NCBI RefSeq assembly: GCF_965240435.1
Contig: NZ_CBDEKO010000003.1
Source: Moorena producens
GTDB lineage: Bacteria; Cyanobacteriota; Cyanobacteriia; Cyanobacteriales; Coleofasciculaceae
Reading direction: 5' to 3' (one strand)
Length of the DNA: 64,000 nucleotides
The notes beneath the pieces are model-generated. The model was not told where the DNA came from. It saw only the letters and a program-made list of their open reading frames with translations, and searched no databases. Each line of letters opens with the position of its first letter. Position 1 is the stretch's first letter. The translations under genes and the position numbers were made by a program. This document shows positions 32,537 to 43,613 of this stretch, in pieces.

Positions 32537-32575
32537 ATATAGAGTTCCCGGCTAATCCGACCCAAATAACGGCGT
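32537..32575 (-). promoter_or_regulatory. Copy 4 of the recurring promoter module (partial)
   Basis: Minus-strand sense TTATTTGGGTCGGATTAGCCGGGAACTCTATATG. It lies upstream of kinase E with the conserved leader between them. Confidence 0.4.
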
Positions 32576-32621
32576 TGTATAGGGGTTTTAAATTGGGTGA
32601 GGTACAGATTCCTCGGTTTTA

Positions 32622-32773
32622 GGGAACAGGGAACAGGAAACAGGGAACAGGGAACAGGGAACAGGGAACACAGAACACAGAACACAGAACACAGAACACA
32701 GAACACAGAACACAGAACAGGGAACAGGGAACACAGAACAGAGAACACAGAACAGAGAACAGAGAATAGGGAA
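32622..32773. repeat. Heptamer tandem array (GGGAACA / CAGAACA, ~21 units)
   Basis: Direct reading. Confidence 0.9.
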
Positions 32774-33076
32774 AAAATTATTTGTACCTCATAGCTATGA
32801 AAAACGCTAGACTTGTAGGGGGATGATTGATGGAGATTGGGAAGAGACCCGAAGTGGGGGAGGAGACTGCAAGAAGGGGAAGTAAGCTGTGAGGCATCTT
32901 ATCTGAATTAGCACTATGAATTAGCACTATGAATTAGCACTATGAATGCTACAAATGATTTCTTTGATTGAATCGGCAAGGGGGCAGGGGCGATCAGGAA
33001 AAAGGGAGAAAACTTTCAAGTTTTCCCCCTTACTCAAAAATAGACAAAAAATAGAGAATTTAAGTGCGCGACATCG

Positions 33077-33556
33077 TCAATTAATCGGTATCCACTGGGA
33101 AAACGTAGCCCCTTGACCACAATAGTTATTTTCCTCATCAATGAGATTCCAGACGATAACATCTGAAATCTGGAACCGTTTACCAGTGCTAGAAATGCGG
33201 ACACCTTGATAGTTGCTAATATAGCCCTGGCTTGTCACTTGGTTAAGCAGGCGTAAGCGCTCCTCCCTTTCCATTGGCTCAGCTGAATATTTCGAAGGCA
33301 TCTGAGTCAATTGGTTCCAATCCATTTCCCACAATTCTAAACCTTTCCGATTGCCATAGTTGTAAATGGGGTCTGATTCAGTGTTGTGAGAGAAGACGGC
33401 AAAGGGCGCTTCAAATAGTGCCTGTGCAATTTCGATAGGTGAGCCACTAGTATCGATTAGAGAACGCCCTGTCCAATGATGAAAGCTATTGATTAGACGT
33501 TGGCTCTGGCGAATTACTGCGTCTTGTTGCCAAGGAAATTGGATCTCAGTATTCAT
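33077..33556 (-). CDS. PAS-like / MEKHLA-like small sensor domain protein (tentative)
   Basis: 159 aa, called from overall impression only. It sits directly downstream of the tnpB-only IS. Confidence 0.3.
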   Translation of the reverse strand: MNTEIQFPWQQDAVIRQSQRLINSFHHWTGRSLIDTSGSPIEIAQALFEAPFAVFSHNTESDPIYNYGNRKGLELWEMDWNQLTQMPSKYSAEPMEREERLRLLNQVTSQGYISNYQGVRISSTGKRFQISDVIVWNLIDEENNYCGQGATFSQWIPIN

Positions 33557-33559
33557 CAG

Positions 33560-35160
33560 TTTATTATTGTGTACAGATTTATCACGCTGATGGAACTATA
33601 GTAATCGTGACGCTCCTACACTCTCCTAACGGGTGAGTGTAGGCTTCTAGCACTCCTTAGAGCTACTAGAACTTGCTTCAAGGTACTATTAGTTAGAGAA
33701 CTATCAACAACAGGATTCCCTCTACGCCGTTTTATAGTGGGGAACACGCCCAGCCCCACTCGTTTTAGGTTGATTGCGGCATTGATATCGCGATCGACCA
33801 TCAGCATTTCTTGCTCATCCCAATACTCGCGGATAGAGCAGTCAGTAAATACAAACTCGTCTCGATAGCTCAACAGTTGAGAGGTATAGACAGGGTTACA
33901 CTTTTTCGTTACTGCTCCAGCTTTTCCAGCTATGTAGGCCAGTATCTCAAAGAACTGTCCAAACCCTGCATCCGACCAAGACTTGTTTAATCCCGATTTT
34001 GCGGACTGTCCATTAGGCAAATATCCACCATTAGTATCTGGCTTGGGTTTATTTCGTTTCTTTAAACCAGAAAGGTTCAAATTTTCATAATAGAAAACTT
34101 TTTTTCCGGTTCTAACCAGGAGATGAGCTGTTTTATAGGCATGATCCTTTCGGCTCCTAGCGATCCGTTGATGTATTCTCCCTTCACGCGATTGCAGCTT
34201 CCTCCGAGCTTTACTCCCTTTTTTTCTGGCATTCTTTTTGGTTTCTACCTTTTTGATAACAGCCTGATTTTTGCGGTAAGACTTAAGTGAGGGTAGCTTA
34301 GTATTTTCAGATGTCGCCAGATAATCATCTCCGTACAGGACTGCATCCAATCCCATGGTATTATTCCAAGTAGGAGTAACACTTTCTGGTTTAAAAGTTG
34401 GGACTGTAGGATCCTCTAAACATAAGGTCGTGTACCAACCATCGGCTTTTTTGGTTATTAGGATATTTTTGAGTTTAAACCCGTCAGGTAACGGACGATG
34501 GAGTCGGACTTTAACCCACCCTTTGAGCTTTGTTATCTTCAGCCATATCCATTTATTCTCGATTCTGGCTACAGTAAAAGAGCCTTTACCTTCTATTTTT
34601 AAAGTTCTGTATCTAGCTTGATTTTTGAATCGAGGTTTTCCGCTACGAGTACCCGTTTTATCGCCCTTGATGAATCGATTGAAAGCTAGGTCTGCTCTTT
34701 TACATACGTCCTGTAAAGTATTTGCCGGAACTCGGGTAAAGTCCAGCAATTCCCATGAGTGGACAACTGTTACCAAATCTTTTTTCCAGATTGGCAGAAG
34801 CTTTTTTTGACTAAAGTAACTGGGATTATCTCTAAGCTCTGGGAGGTAAGTAATCAACGGACAAGAATTAACACCAGTACGGTTTTCATTCCACCACCGC
34901 CAGCGATCGCCTAACTGCCAGTTATACCAGTAACGACAAATTCGTAGCCAATCGTTTAGTTGTAATTTTTGTTGAGTAGTTGGATCAGCTCGGTATTGGT
35001 AGTTGAGCAGTATAACAATCACCTCTTGGCTTTTATTGCGCTTTCATATATATAGATAATAACAATCTTTCCGAAAAGTTTCAGCATCTGTGTTTACTCC
35101 CATAAAAAGCTTTTATGATTTACTTATGCCCGCGTTCCAGCTGAACTCCTGCAACTGCTT
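33560..35160 (-). mobile_element. IS200/IS605-family non-autonomous element (tnpB only, no tnpA)
   Basis: A single TnpB ORF wedged between the CHAT gene stop (35163) and the start of the 159-aa gene (33556). A hairpin CCTACACTC-tcctaacgg-GTGAGTGTAGG sits at the tnpB stop, which is a typical omega-RNA / right-end position. Confidence 0.65.
33616..35022 (-). CDS. tnpB: TnpB (IS200/IS605 OrfB, RuvC-like RNA-guided nuclease family)
   Basis: 468 aa. RuvC-I (GLDAVLY), RuvC-II (YYENLN) and RuvC-III (DRDINAAINL) are present. The zinc-ribbon position reads TSQLLSYRDEFVFTDCSIREY, so the canonical CxxC...CxxC is lost. Confidence 0.85.
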   Translation of the reverse strand: MIVILLNYQYRADPTTQQKLQLNDWLRICRYWYNWQLGDRWRWWNENRTGVNSCPLITYLPELRDNPSYFSQKKLLPIWKKDLVTVVHSWELLDFTRVPANTLQDVCKRADLAFNRFIKGDKTGTRSGKPRFKNQARYRTLKIEGKGSFTVARIENKWIWLKITKLKGWVKVRLHRPLPDGFKLKNILITKKADGWYTTLCLEDPTVPTFKPESVTPTWNNTMGLDAVLYGDDYLATSENTKLPSLKSYRKNQAVIKKVETKKNARKKGSKARRKLQSREGRIHQRIARSRKDHAYKTAHLLVRTGKKVFYYENLNLSGLKKRNKPKPDTNGGYLPNGQSAKSGLNKSWSDAGFGQFFEILAYIAGKAGAVTKKCNPVYTSQLLSYRDEFVFTDCSIREYWDEQEMLMVDRDINAAINLKRVGLGVFPTIKRRRGNPVVDSSLTNSTLKQVLVALRSARSLHSPVRRV

Positions 35161-35162
35161 GA

Positions 35163-38100
35163 TTACTCCGCTTCCCCAATCAGGGTAAAAGCTGCCCATT
35201 CCACTGGATTTGGGTACTGTTTAAGAGTCGTAAGCATCGCTTGACGCAGAGCAACTGCTTTGTCAGGTGTTTGTTGTAGCTGGCGATAGAATTCAATCAT
35301 CAGGTCAGCTGTGGAGTCATCAGGTACTTTCCAGAGGGAAACAACCACACTAGGTACACCAGCAGCAACTAAAGAACGGGATAATCCAATCACGCCATCA
35401 CTGGTAACTCTACCTCTACCAGTGTTGCAAGCGCTTAAAACTACTAACTCAGCACTAAGCTTGAGGTCGAGTATTTCACTAGCGCTGAGAAAACCTTTAT
35501 CTGTTTTAGTCGGAGCAAGGGCGATCGCTCCTGGTAAACCTAATCCCTGGAAGTCATTGAGTAAGCCGTGAGTAGCTAGATGTATGATCTTTGCCTTTGA
35601 CATTTGCTCAACTACTGCTGCCTTAGTGGCTTGATTGCCAATCAGGGCTTGAGTATTGAACATCTCAGCGATCGCTAGCGCTTCTGTTTCTGTTCCAGGA
35701 AGAGGGGGCAAACCTTGAGGCATAGTGGGATTACCAATTACTAGCATCTCTTCTCCTGAAACCTGTTGCCGTTGCTGGTTAGTTAAATCCAGCACCTGAA
35801 TCGAGGGAGCAGTGAGCATAGTATGTTTTTCGATCAGGTATTGACCAGAAGCGTCTTGTAGTGCTGGGAAAGGTACTAGAAACAAGGATTCGTGGGGAAT
35901 AAAGGTTACACGAGCTTCGGGATTAGTAGGTAAGAGTTCGGCAATTGGTTCAATGAGCAGTTGATGCAGTTGTTTTAATCGTTCAGTTTGACCAGCTCTC
36001 TCTGTTTTAGTCAATCTTTCACTGGGAACTAAATCAACTAGGGATGGGCTTCTTCTGAAAAAAATCGATTTACGAGTGATACCAACCAATTTGTCAAGAG
36101 ATGTATCCAGATTAGTTAAATCAACCTGACGAAAAGCGATTTTACCTGTAGGTTTAATTACCCAAATGTAAAGCTCTTTGTCTTGAAGTTGCCGCACACC
36201 TTGGGCTTCGACAACTTCTTTGATAATCGAGTATAAAACTATTGTCGAGTTTTGTTTTTCAGTAATTTTTTTAATTTGTTTGATCTTCGGAGGAGCAATC
36301 GGTTTGTGATTTTTGAGGTTTGGTTCAGACTCTGATAAACCTCTCGCTAATAGTTCAACAAAGGCTCTTGCTCGTCCTCTTTCAGTAATTTCTAGGGCTT
36401 GATTGAATTGTTTTCGTTCTACTAAATACTCTTGTAAAGTGCTATAAGTTGTTTCATGAGTTTCAAATATTGATACTCTCTCAAGGTCATTGCTGCCTAA
36501 GTTTGACCGCAAAGACTCCCAAATTTCAATGGCAGCAAAGAGAGCCTCATTTGCTTCTTGAGGATTTCCGGCTTGATAGAGAGCATCACCTAAGTTACTC
36601 AAAGCTCGTCCCTTGGCGTGGCGATCACCTAGTTGCTTGGCAATTTCTAAACTCTGGCGTTGGTAGTTTACTGCTTGGTTGTAGTCTTCTAGAGCATGGT
36701 AAATTATTCCCAAATTTTCTAGGGCTACTAACTCTCCATAGTTATCTTGCAGTTTTTGTGCGATCGCTAAACTCTGCTGAGAGTATTCAATTGCTTGGTT
36801 ATAGTCGGTCAGAGTATAGTACACCAAGCTCAAATTAGATAATGCTCTTGCCTTTCCAGGTAGGTTATCGGATGTTTTAGCGATCGCTAAACTTTTTTCT
36901 TTGTATTCAAGTGCTTTGGTATATTCCTTCTTAGCGTAGTAAGCTAATCCGATATTGCTTACTATATTCCTTTCCCACTCAGACTCATTGGTTGAGTTTA
37001 ATAGTTCTAGACCCTGTTTATAGTATTCAATAGCTTTGTCATAGTTTCCTATTGCGCCATAAGCGGCTCCTAAGCCACTTAATGCTTGCCTTTTTCCTAT
37101 TAAGTTTTTCTCTGATTTGGCAATAGTAAAATGCTGTTTATGATAGTCTAGAGCTTTGCCATAGTCTCCCAAGATATAGTGAGTAACTCCGAGGTTATGT
37201 AGAGCTTTTACTTCTCGCAATTGATCGCCAAATTTTCGTGCAAATTCTAAGTTTTTATGATAGCATTCGGCAGCTTGAGTGTAATCTTTAGCAGCCACTT
37301 GTAAGGAAAATCCTTGAGAATTTATGAGTAATTGTTCTTCTTCCAGACACTCTGTAATTTCCAGTACCAGGATTGTCAGTCGTTCTAGTTCAATTGCTTG
37401 AGTCTTGTTTGACCTCTTGCTCTGATTGACCGCCAAATCTGATCGATTAACCTGGGTTGGCAAGGCAGAGTTTTGATGGTCTGACCTTGGTGATGGTGTT
37501 GTTGGGGAAGAATTGGGAGGATTTCCATAATTTACAGGTGCAGGAATTACTCTTATTGGAGGTTCAGGTGGTAGTAGTGGTGGCTCTAGATCTAAAAAAG
37601 GTGGAGCTTCAGGTGCTAGTAAGACTTGAGATTCTGGACTTTGTATAGTGATATTCTGGTTTCTGAAACCTAGAATGGAAGTAATAGTAGAAGTAGCAGT
37701 AACATTTTCTGCATTGATGTCACGACCAGCAACAAGAGTAACGTTGCCACTCTCACCATTACTACTAGCAGCATTTATATCCCCAGCATTAATACTTCCC
37801 TCGGTAGCGAATAATTGAACCTCTCCTCCTTTACCTTCCACAGAGGAAGAATCAACTACCCCAGCACTAGTATCAATACTTCCTCTATCGCTAACGGCAG
37901 TAATATCACCACCATTACCATTATTACTGGAAGCATTGAGACTCCCGGTAGTGATATTACCTTCTGCTCTCAGGTCAATATTTCCACTATCACCACTTAC
38001 CGCCGTTGAATCCAGTGTGCCACTACTAGTATCAATTTCTCCTTGTCTACTATTGAGGAAAATTCTGCCACCATCGGAAGTAATTGATGCTGTCCGAAGA

Positions 38101-39065
38101 TTACCTTCTGCTTCAATAACTACTTGCTTACCAGCACTGATATCCTGCACTACTACATCACCATCTTCGACCTGGATACCAGAACCGATCAGTTGTACTG
38201 TACCCTCACGATTTACCTCAATTCCTGTAGCATCACCGCCGCCAACTGTCAGCAGTTCGGGTAGGGAAAGGGGAGTGAAGGGAACAGTGGCAGAGGGGGA
38301 AACTTCTAAACTGAGAATATTACCTCGCTGGGAAATACGGAGTAAATTTTCTCCAGGCACAGCCTCAATAGTAACTTGACCACCAGGGGCAGTAAGAGTG
38401 CCATTACTGATCACAGTACCACCTACTAAGGTTAAATTCTGCCCCTCTTTAACTGCTAAATCAGCTAAATTGATGATCCCACCTGGTTGGGAAACAGCAA
38501 AATCAAAAGTATTGGGCTTGCCTACCAAGGAAGCATAGTCATTGCTACCAATGGCATTAAACCATCCGCCATCAAAACCAATACCAGTAGCAGTGGTGGC
38601 GGTAAAAGAAGCAGGTAAATCGATGCTGGCACCAGCACCAAAGACAATCCCAGCGGGGTTAATCAGGAATAAATTCGAATTACCCCCTGTAACCTGGATT
38701 AAGCCATTAATTACAGAAGCATCACCACCAGTGACTCGCCCTAGGATATTTTCGATATTAGGATTAGAGAGAAAGTTGGCAATCTGACCTTCACTCAGAC
38801 CAAATTTCTGGAAGCTATGAAAGAGATTCGCACCATCTCCCGACAGCTGACCGCCATCAATGTTGAATTGGTTACCCTCAGGGTTGACAACAGTACCAGT
38901 ACCATCGTTGGCTTCAACTATCGGTTGCGCCTGCACAGGGGTTGGCAACGGGCAATAGGTCAAATAGGTTGAAGAACAAACAAGCAGGAAAAACTTAGTA
39001 GCTGCTGATCTTCCCTGACCAATGATCTGGCTCAACAGGTGAAGACAGCTCAATATTAGTCTCAT
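35163..39065 (-). CDS. Secreted filamentous-hemagglutinin-N-terminal (TPS) domain, Gly/Ser-rich beta-helical repeats, Pro-rich linker, TPR repeats and C-terminal CHAT protease domain
   Basis: 1300 aa. Signal peptide, then TPS domain ([12 protein letters not shown]...LFHSF..F...[34 protein letters not shown]). Linker [13 protein letters not shown]. About 8 TPR units (AxxYYxQxLxIAK-type). CHAT His/Cys dyad ([10 protein letters not shown] ... [11 protein letters not shown]). Confidence 0.8.
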   Translation of the reverse strand: MRLILSCLHLLSQIIGQGRSAATKFFLLVCSSTYLTYCPLPTPVQAQPIVEANDGTGTVVNPEGNQFNIDGGQLSGDGANLFHSFQKFGLSEGQIANFLSNPNIENILGRVTGGDASVINGLIQVTGGNSNLFLINPAGIVFGAGASIDLPASFTATTATGIGFDGGWFNAIGSNDYASLVGKPNTFDFAVSQPGGIINLADLAVKEGQNLTLVGGTVISNGTLTAPGGQVTIEAVPGENLLRISQRGNILSLEVSPSATVPFTPLSLPELLTVGGGDATGIEVNREGTVQLIGSGIQVEDGDVVVQDISAGKQVVIEAEGNLRTASITSDGGRIFLNSRQGEIDTSSGTLDSTAVSGDSGNIDLRAEGNITTGSLNASSNNGNGGDITAVSDRGSIDTSAGVVDSSSVEGKGGEVQLFATEGSINAGDINAASSNGESGNVTLVAGRDINAENVTATSTITSILGFRNQNITIQSPESQVLLAPEAPPFLDLEPPLLPPEPPIRVIPAPVNYGNPPNSSPTTPSPRSDHQNSALPTQVNRSDLAVNQSKRSNKTQAIELERLTILVLEITECLEEEQLLINSQGFSLQVAAKDYTQAAECYHKNLEFARKFGDQLREVKALHNLGVTHYILGDYGKALDYHKQHFTIAKSEKNLIGKRQALSGLGAAYGAIGNYDKAIEYYKQGLELLNSTNESEWERNIVSNIGLAYYAKKEYTKALEYKEKSLAIAKTSDNLPGKARALSNLSLVYYTLTDYNQAIEYSQQSLAIAQKLQDNYGELVALENLGIIYHALEDYNQAVNYQRQSLEIAKQLGDRHAKGRALSNLGDALYQAGNPQEANEALFAAIEIWESLRSNLGSNDLERVSIFETHETTYSTLQEYLVERKQFNQALEITERGRARAFVELLARGLSESEPNLKNHKPIAPPKIKQIKKITEKQNSTIVLYSIIKEVVEAQGVRQLQDKELYIWVIKPTGKIAFRQVDLTNLDTSLDKLVGITRKSIFFRRSPSLVDLVPSERLTKTERAGQTERLKQLHQLLIEPIAELLPTNPEARVTFIPHESLFLVPFPALQDASGQYLIEKHTMLTAPSIQVLDLTNQQRQQVSGEEMLVIGNPTMPQGLPPLPGTETEALAIAEMFNTQALIGNQATKAAVVEQMSKAKIIHLATHGLLNDFQGLGLPGAIALAPTKTDKGFLSASEILDLKLSAELVVLSACNTGRGRVTSDGVIGLSRSLVAAGVPSVVVSLWKVPDDSTADLMIEFYRQLQQTPDKAVALRQAMLTTLKQYPNPVEWAAFTLIGEAE

Positions 39066-39640
39066 CAGTGATAGAATTCATAGGGAATCTGGGTCGAATA
39101 CACCCTTTTCAAGAAAGTAGACCTAGATTTAACAGGGGGTTACTAGAGCGGATTTGGTATCAAAGCTCTACTGCTTAATTATTTGTTTTTGAGAAATCCC
39201 CCTTGGGATGAGGACACTTGGTTTAATCTTTGGGAAATATCGAGCATGTCAGTTTCCTTTAAACTATGTATTTATCAGGGCTAATTCCTCCGTTTTATGC
39301 AGATTGTTGGTTTTTGTTACAAAACTTAACATAATGGACTTTACATACTTGACTTTAGATAATTGACTGTAAACACATACTCTAGGGCGTGTCTGCTTGC
39401 CTCAATAGCCCATGGCACTGAGAGTGGGATCGAGACAAAAAAGCGTTCGCGTAGCGGCTTGTACCGAGCATCGCCCTTTGTCATGATCGATCTGAGGGGG
39501 TGACAGGTCGGCTATAGTCCTGTTGAATATGAATGCCATAGCCAGAGGGCAAATCTCTCCACGGTGCCCCTGTTCTCAACATCCCGAGCATGCCCTAAAC
39601 CAATAATTCCTCCACCTCCTGTTAGTTTAAAAAATCTTAG

Positions 39641-41716
39641 TTAACTTGGATTACCTAGCAGTTTATGTCGGAGCTGCTTAATGCGATCGCGTAACTTTGC
39701 TGCGGTTTCAAATTCCAAGGTCTTTGCTGCTTCCTTCATCTGTTCTTCTAACTGATTAATCAACTCCGGAATCTTCTCCAAAGGTACATCATCCACCTGT
39801 TCAAACACCGCTTCCAACTGTTGGGAATTCAACCGTCGGGAGACATCCAAAAATGTTAAAATCGGGTTGTTGGCGGTTTTGCGAATCGGCTGTGGTATAA
39901 TGTTATTTTTGATGTTATACTCAATTTGAATCTTACGACGGCGATTAGTCTCATCAATCGCTTTTCTCATGCTTTTTGTAAAGGTATCAGCATACATAAT
40001 GGCTTGCCCTCGGACATGACGTGCTGCTCTGCCTATAGTTTGAATAAGCGATCGCTCTGCCCTGAGGAACCCTTCCTTATCGGCATCCAAAATTGCTACC
40101 AGAGAGACTTCCGGCAAATCCAACCCTTCTCGCAATAAGTTAACTCCAACCAATACATCAAATTCACCCTGGCGCAACGCCTGCAAGATTTCAATCCGTT
40201 CAATAGAGTTAATATCCGAGTGCAAGTAGCTTATCCGAATATCCCGTTCTTGCAGATACTCTGTCAAATCCTCAGCCATGCGCTTGGTTAAGGTTGTTAC
40301 CAGCACCCTTTCCTGACAATCCACCCGCTGCTTAATCTCAGCCAACAAATCATCTACTTGACCTGCTGTAGGACGGACAAAGATTTCTGGGTCAAGCACT
40401 CCGGTAGGACGAATGATCTGTTCCACGACTCGTTCTTGAGATTGTTCCATCTCCCAATCCCCAGGAGTAGCAGAGACAAAAATACACTGATTCACCTTTG
40501 CCCAGAATTCCTCTGCCTTCAGGGGTCGATTATCTGCTGCACTAGGTAAGCGAAAGCCATGGTCAATCAACACTTGCTTTCGAGCGCGATCGCCATTGTA
40601 CATTCCCCGAATTTGCGGCACCGTAACATGGGATTCATCCACTACCAAAAGCCAATCTTCGGGAAAATAATCAATCAAACACTCTGGTGGTTCCCCAAGC
40701 TGGCGTCCAGCCAAGTGACGAGAATAGTTTTCCACACCATTGCAGTAACCAATTTCGAGCAACATTTCCAAATCATAGCGGGTACGCTGTTCCAACCGTT
40801 GCGCTTCTAGCAAGTTCCCAGCTTGCTCCAATTGAGCCAAACGTTCCTCAAGCTCTACCTTAATAGCATTACAAGCTTCTTCTAACCGTTCATCGGGAGT
40901 AACAAAGTGACGAGCAGGGTAAATATTTACTCCCTCTACACTTTGGAAAATTCCACCGGTAACTGGGTCAACGTAGTGAATAGCATCAATTTCATCTCCG
41001 AAGAATTCTACCCGAATAATTCGGTCTTCATAAGCCGGGCCAATTTCTAACACATCCCCCTTCACCCGGAACCGTCCGCGTCCCAATTCTAAATCATTCC
41101 GGGAATACTGTACTGAGACTAAATCCCGTAAGAGTTGGCGTTGGTCAACTTCGGTATTCACCCGCAGAGGAATCGAAGCTTTTAAATATTCTGAGGGGAT
41201 ACCCAAGCCATAGATACAGCTAATGGAAGCCACCACAATTACATCCCGCCGTTCAAAAAGCGATCGCGTAGCTGAGTGCCTCAGCATATCAATTTCATCA
41301 TTAATTGACGCGGTTTTCTCGATGTAGGTGTCAGTGACCGGGATATAAGCTTCCGGCTGGTAGTAATCATAGTAGGAAATGAAATACTCCACCGCGTTAT
41401 GGGGAAAAAACCCCCGCAATTCGTTACATAACTGGGCAGCCAAGGTTTTGTTGTGGGCAAGTACTAGGGTAGGTTTGCCAACTTTTTCAATTACCGATGC
41501 CACGGAGAAAGTTTTGCCTGTTCCCGTAGCACCCAGTAGAGTTTGGATACGGTTGCCAGCCTTGAGGTAAGTGGTGAGTTGGGAAATAGCTTGGGGTTGA
41601 TCCCCTGTTGGTTGAAAAGGGGCTTCGAGGTTAAATAGCATTTTAGACGCTTCTGGCACAGTTAAAAAAAAATCCGTAAAAATACTATCTATAATTTCAT
41701 CATAATTTTTGTACAT
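39641..41716 (-). CDS. uvrB: Excinuclease ABC subunit B
   Basis: 691 aa with Walker A GATGTGKT, helicase motifs, and the C-terminal UVR domain ([17 protein letters not shown]). Confidence 0.95.
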   Translation of the reverse strand: MYKNYDEIIDSIFTDFFLTVPEASKMLFNLEAPFQPTGDQPQAISQLTTYLKAGNRIQTLLGATGTGKTFSVASVIEKVGKPTLVLAHNKTLAAQLCNELRGFFPHNAVEYFISYYDYYQPEAYIPVTDTYIEKTASINDEIDMLRHSATRSLFERRDVIVVASISCIYGLGIPSEYLKASIPLRVNTEVDQRQLLRDLVSVQYSRNDLELGRGRFRVKGDVLEIGPAYEDRIIRVEFFGDEIDAIHYVDPVTGGIFQSVEGVNIYPARHFVTPDERLEEACNAIKVELEERLAQLEQAGNLLEAQRLEQRTRYDLEMLLEIGYCNGVENYSRHLAGRQLGEPPECLIDYFPEDWLLVVDESHVTVPQIRGMYNGDRARKQVLIDHGFRLPSAADNRPLKAEEFWAKVNQCIFVSATPGDWEMEQSQERVVEQIIRPTGVLDPEIFVRPTAGQVDDLLAEIKQRVDCQERVLVTTLTKRMAEDLTEYLQERDIRISYLHSDINSIERIEILQALRQGEFDVLVGVNLLREGLDLPEVSLVAILDADKEGFLRAERSLIQTIGRAARHVRGQAIMYADTFTKSMRKAIDETNRRRKIQIEYNIKNNIIPQPIRKTANNPILTFLDVSRRLNSQQLEAVFEQVDDVPLEKIPELINQLEEQMKEAAKTLEFETAAKLRDRIKQLRHKLLGNPS

Positions 41717-42180
41717 TTATAGGTACTGATGGATAGATTATTACCCAAAGTCATTGTCTTGATGCAGTCGCTCATGGTGGAAACCCCCTGTTCCCTTGCT
41801 GCATCGCTAGATAGTTTTAAGACTTGCCCAAAATCCGGAGGGGAGGATGACAACTATCTGCTTAAATGCTAATTACTGAAATCATAATTATTACGGATAA
41901 ACAATATACTTTAGCGGGAATTAATAACGGTTTATTATTAAGTTTATGACTAGCATAATTTATAATTTTGCATCAAACTTTTCTTTAAAATTAGAGCATT
42001 TTTATAATTTACTTAACCAAGCTTTTTTTGTACTACAGCGTTTTTCATAACTATGAGTAACACAGTTTTTTTTTAAGCACATACACATAATTAATTGCCT
42101 ACTCAAAATCTCTGTAACCCTTCCCCTGCAATGCTTTTATTTTTATACAATGTGCAATTCATTTTGTGTACCTGCTTATG

Positions 42181-42286
42181 TTCCCTATTCCCTATTCCCT
42201 ATTCCCTATTCCCTATTCCCTATTCCCTATTCCCTATTCCCTATTCCCTATTCCCTATTCCCTATTCCCTATTCCCTATTCCCTAA
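42181..42286. repeat. Heptamer tandem array TTCCCTA x15
   Basis: Direct reading. A second block AGTCAGG/AGTTAGG lies at 42502-42539. Confidence 0.9.
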
Positions 42287-42825
42287 AAATTATCAATTTG
42301 TACCTGATATAATTGAAAACCGCTGTAATAATTAATTGATTATTAAATTTATGATTATATCCGGAAAACTATGAAACACTAATCATATATAATATCAAAA
42401 ACTACCCAACAAATAAATGATTGTTAATTTTGGGAATGATTAATCGGTAATTGCGAGGGAGATAAGTAGGGTTTGCTGAAAAAGTCTTTTGGTAAGGGAT
42501 TGAGTCAGGAGTCAGGAGTCAGGAGTTAGGAGTTAGGAGAATTATATAGAAGGTAGGAGGAGGAATTATCCCTTGATTTTTCTGCCCTTGTCTGCCCAAA
42601 ATCCTAACTTTTTGAGCTTTTTGGACTGAAAAGCTTTCACTTTTTTCGACCAAAAAAGGCTAAAACCTTTATCTGTCAATGCTTTGATAGTTAATCAGCA
42701 AGCCCTAATTATTACCGATTATACCTGAAAACGCCCCAATTAATCGAGAATTATATGTAGTCAAAAAAATCAATAAACTCTATAAACGTTTATTAATTTC
42801 ATCTCAAGATAAAAAAATCGTAATT

Positions 42826-43275
42826 ATGAACTATATAAATGCTATTCAGCGGATTGAAATATTGTTAGTCCAAGATAATCATGGGGACTTAGATCTGACC
42901 AAAGCTACTTTAAAAAATAGCAATATTCGCAACAATCTGCAGACGTTTACCAATGGTAAGGAAGCTATGGCATTTCTACGTCGAGAGTCCCCTTATACTA
43001 AGGCACCCCGTCCCGACGTAATTTTGCTGGATTTGAATCTACCAGTGATGGATGGTCGTGAAGTGTTAGCACAGATTAAATCTGATCCAAAATTGAGTCT
43101 GATTCCAGTGATTATTCTCACTTCCTCAGATTCTGACCAGGACATCCTCACAAGCTACAAGCTAAACGCCAATGCCTACGTCACTAAGCCCTTTGAATTA
43201 GAGCAGTTTGTCAAAGTATTGAAGTCAATTGAAAACTTCTGGCTAAGTATTGTTAAACTGCCACCCAAAAATTAA
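42826..43275 (+). CDS. Single-domain response regulator (CheY-like REC), orphan
   Basis: ILLVQDN..D...LDLNLPVMDGREVL...LTSS...KP. Confidence 0.85.
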   Translation: MNYINAIQRIEILLVQDNHGDLDLTKATLKNSNIRNNLQTFTNGKEAMAFLRRESPYTKAPRPDVILLDLNLPVMDGREVLAQIKSDPKLSLIPVIILTSSDSDQDILTSYKLNANAYVTKPFELEQFVKVLKSIENFWLSIVKLPPKN

Positions 43276-43329
43276 CCATTGCCAATTCATGCTATAGCGT
43301 TTGTATCTGGGAATAGGTAATAGGTAATA

Positions 43330-43392
43330 GGTAATGGAGAGTTGGTAGTTGACGATTACCAACTCTCCATTACCTATTACCAAAAATTTTGA
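43330..43392. terminator. 17-bp perfect hairpin (TAATGGAGAGTTGGTA-gttgacga-TACCAACTCTCCATTA) followed by a T/A run. Likely a bidirectional terminator between convergent genes.
   Basis: Direct reading. It is flanked by AATAGGT heptamers. Confidence 0.55.
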
Positions 43393-43396
43393 GACT

Positions 43397-43550
43397 ATGT
43401 CTTGATGCAAAGCGCGAGTGGGGGAAACCACGGCAGCGTGGTCATGGGGGGGACCACGGCAGTCGCTCATGGGGGAAACCCCCAAGACCGCGCTGCCTCC
43501 CCAAGACCGCGCTGCCTCCCCAAGACCGCGCTGCATCGCTTTGATCAGTG
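43397..43550. repeat. GC-rich palindromic element with ends GTCTTGATGCA ... TGCATCGCT and an internal triple repeat CCCCAAGACCGCGCTGCCT. A shorter copy lies at 41757-41810.
   Basis: Both copies share GTCTTGATGCA...GCAGTCGCTCATGG(G/T)GGAAACCCCC...GCTGCATCGCT. Confidence 0.6.
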
Positions 43551-43613
43551 ATTAACCAGATTTGATAGTAATAGTCAATTGGCAATTAAAAATTTTTAAT
43601 TGCTGTTGGTATA

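Noticed and set aside
32533-32794. Track ORFs of 71 and 65 aa over the GGGAACA/CAGAACA array, plus similar ORFs at 24033..24230 and 42095..42335
   Set aside because: The reading frames are produced by perfect heptamer or 15-mer tandem repeats, which translate as low-complexity peptides (EQRIW-x7, PIPYSLF-xn). They are repeat artefacts, not genes.
39066-39640. Possible gene or structured RNA in the 575-bp gap between uvrB and the CHAT gene
   Set aside because: No ORF and no recognisable RNA motif. The only notable feature is a GTTCGCGTAGCG match to the IS605 end-hairpin loop, mentioned under the second-IS finding. That is too weak for a separate call.
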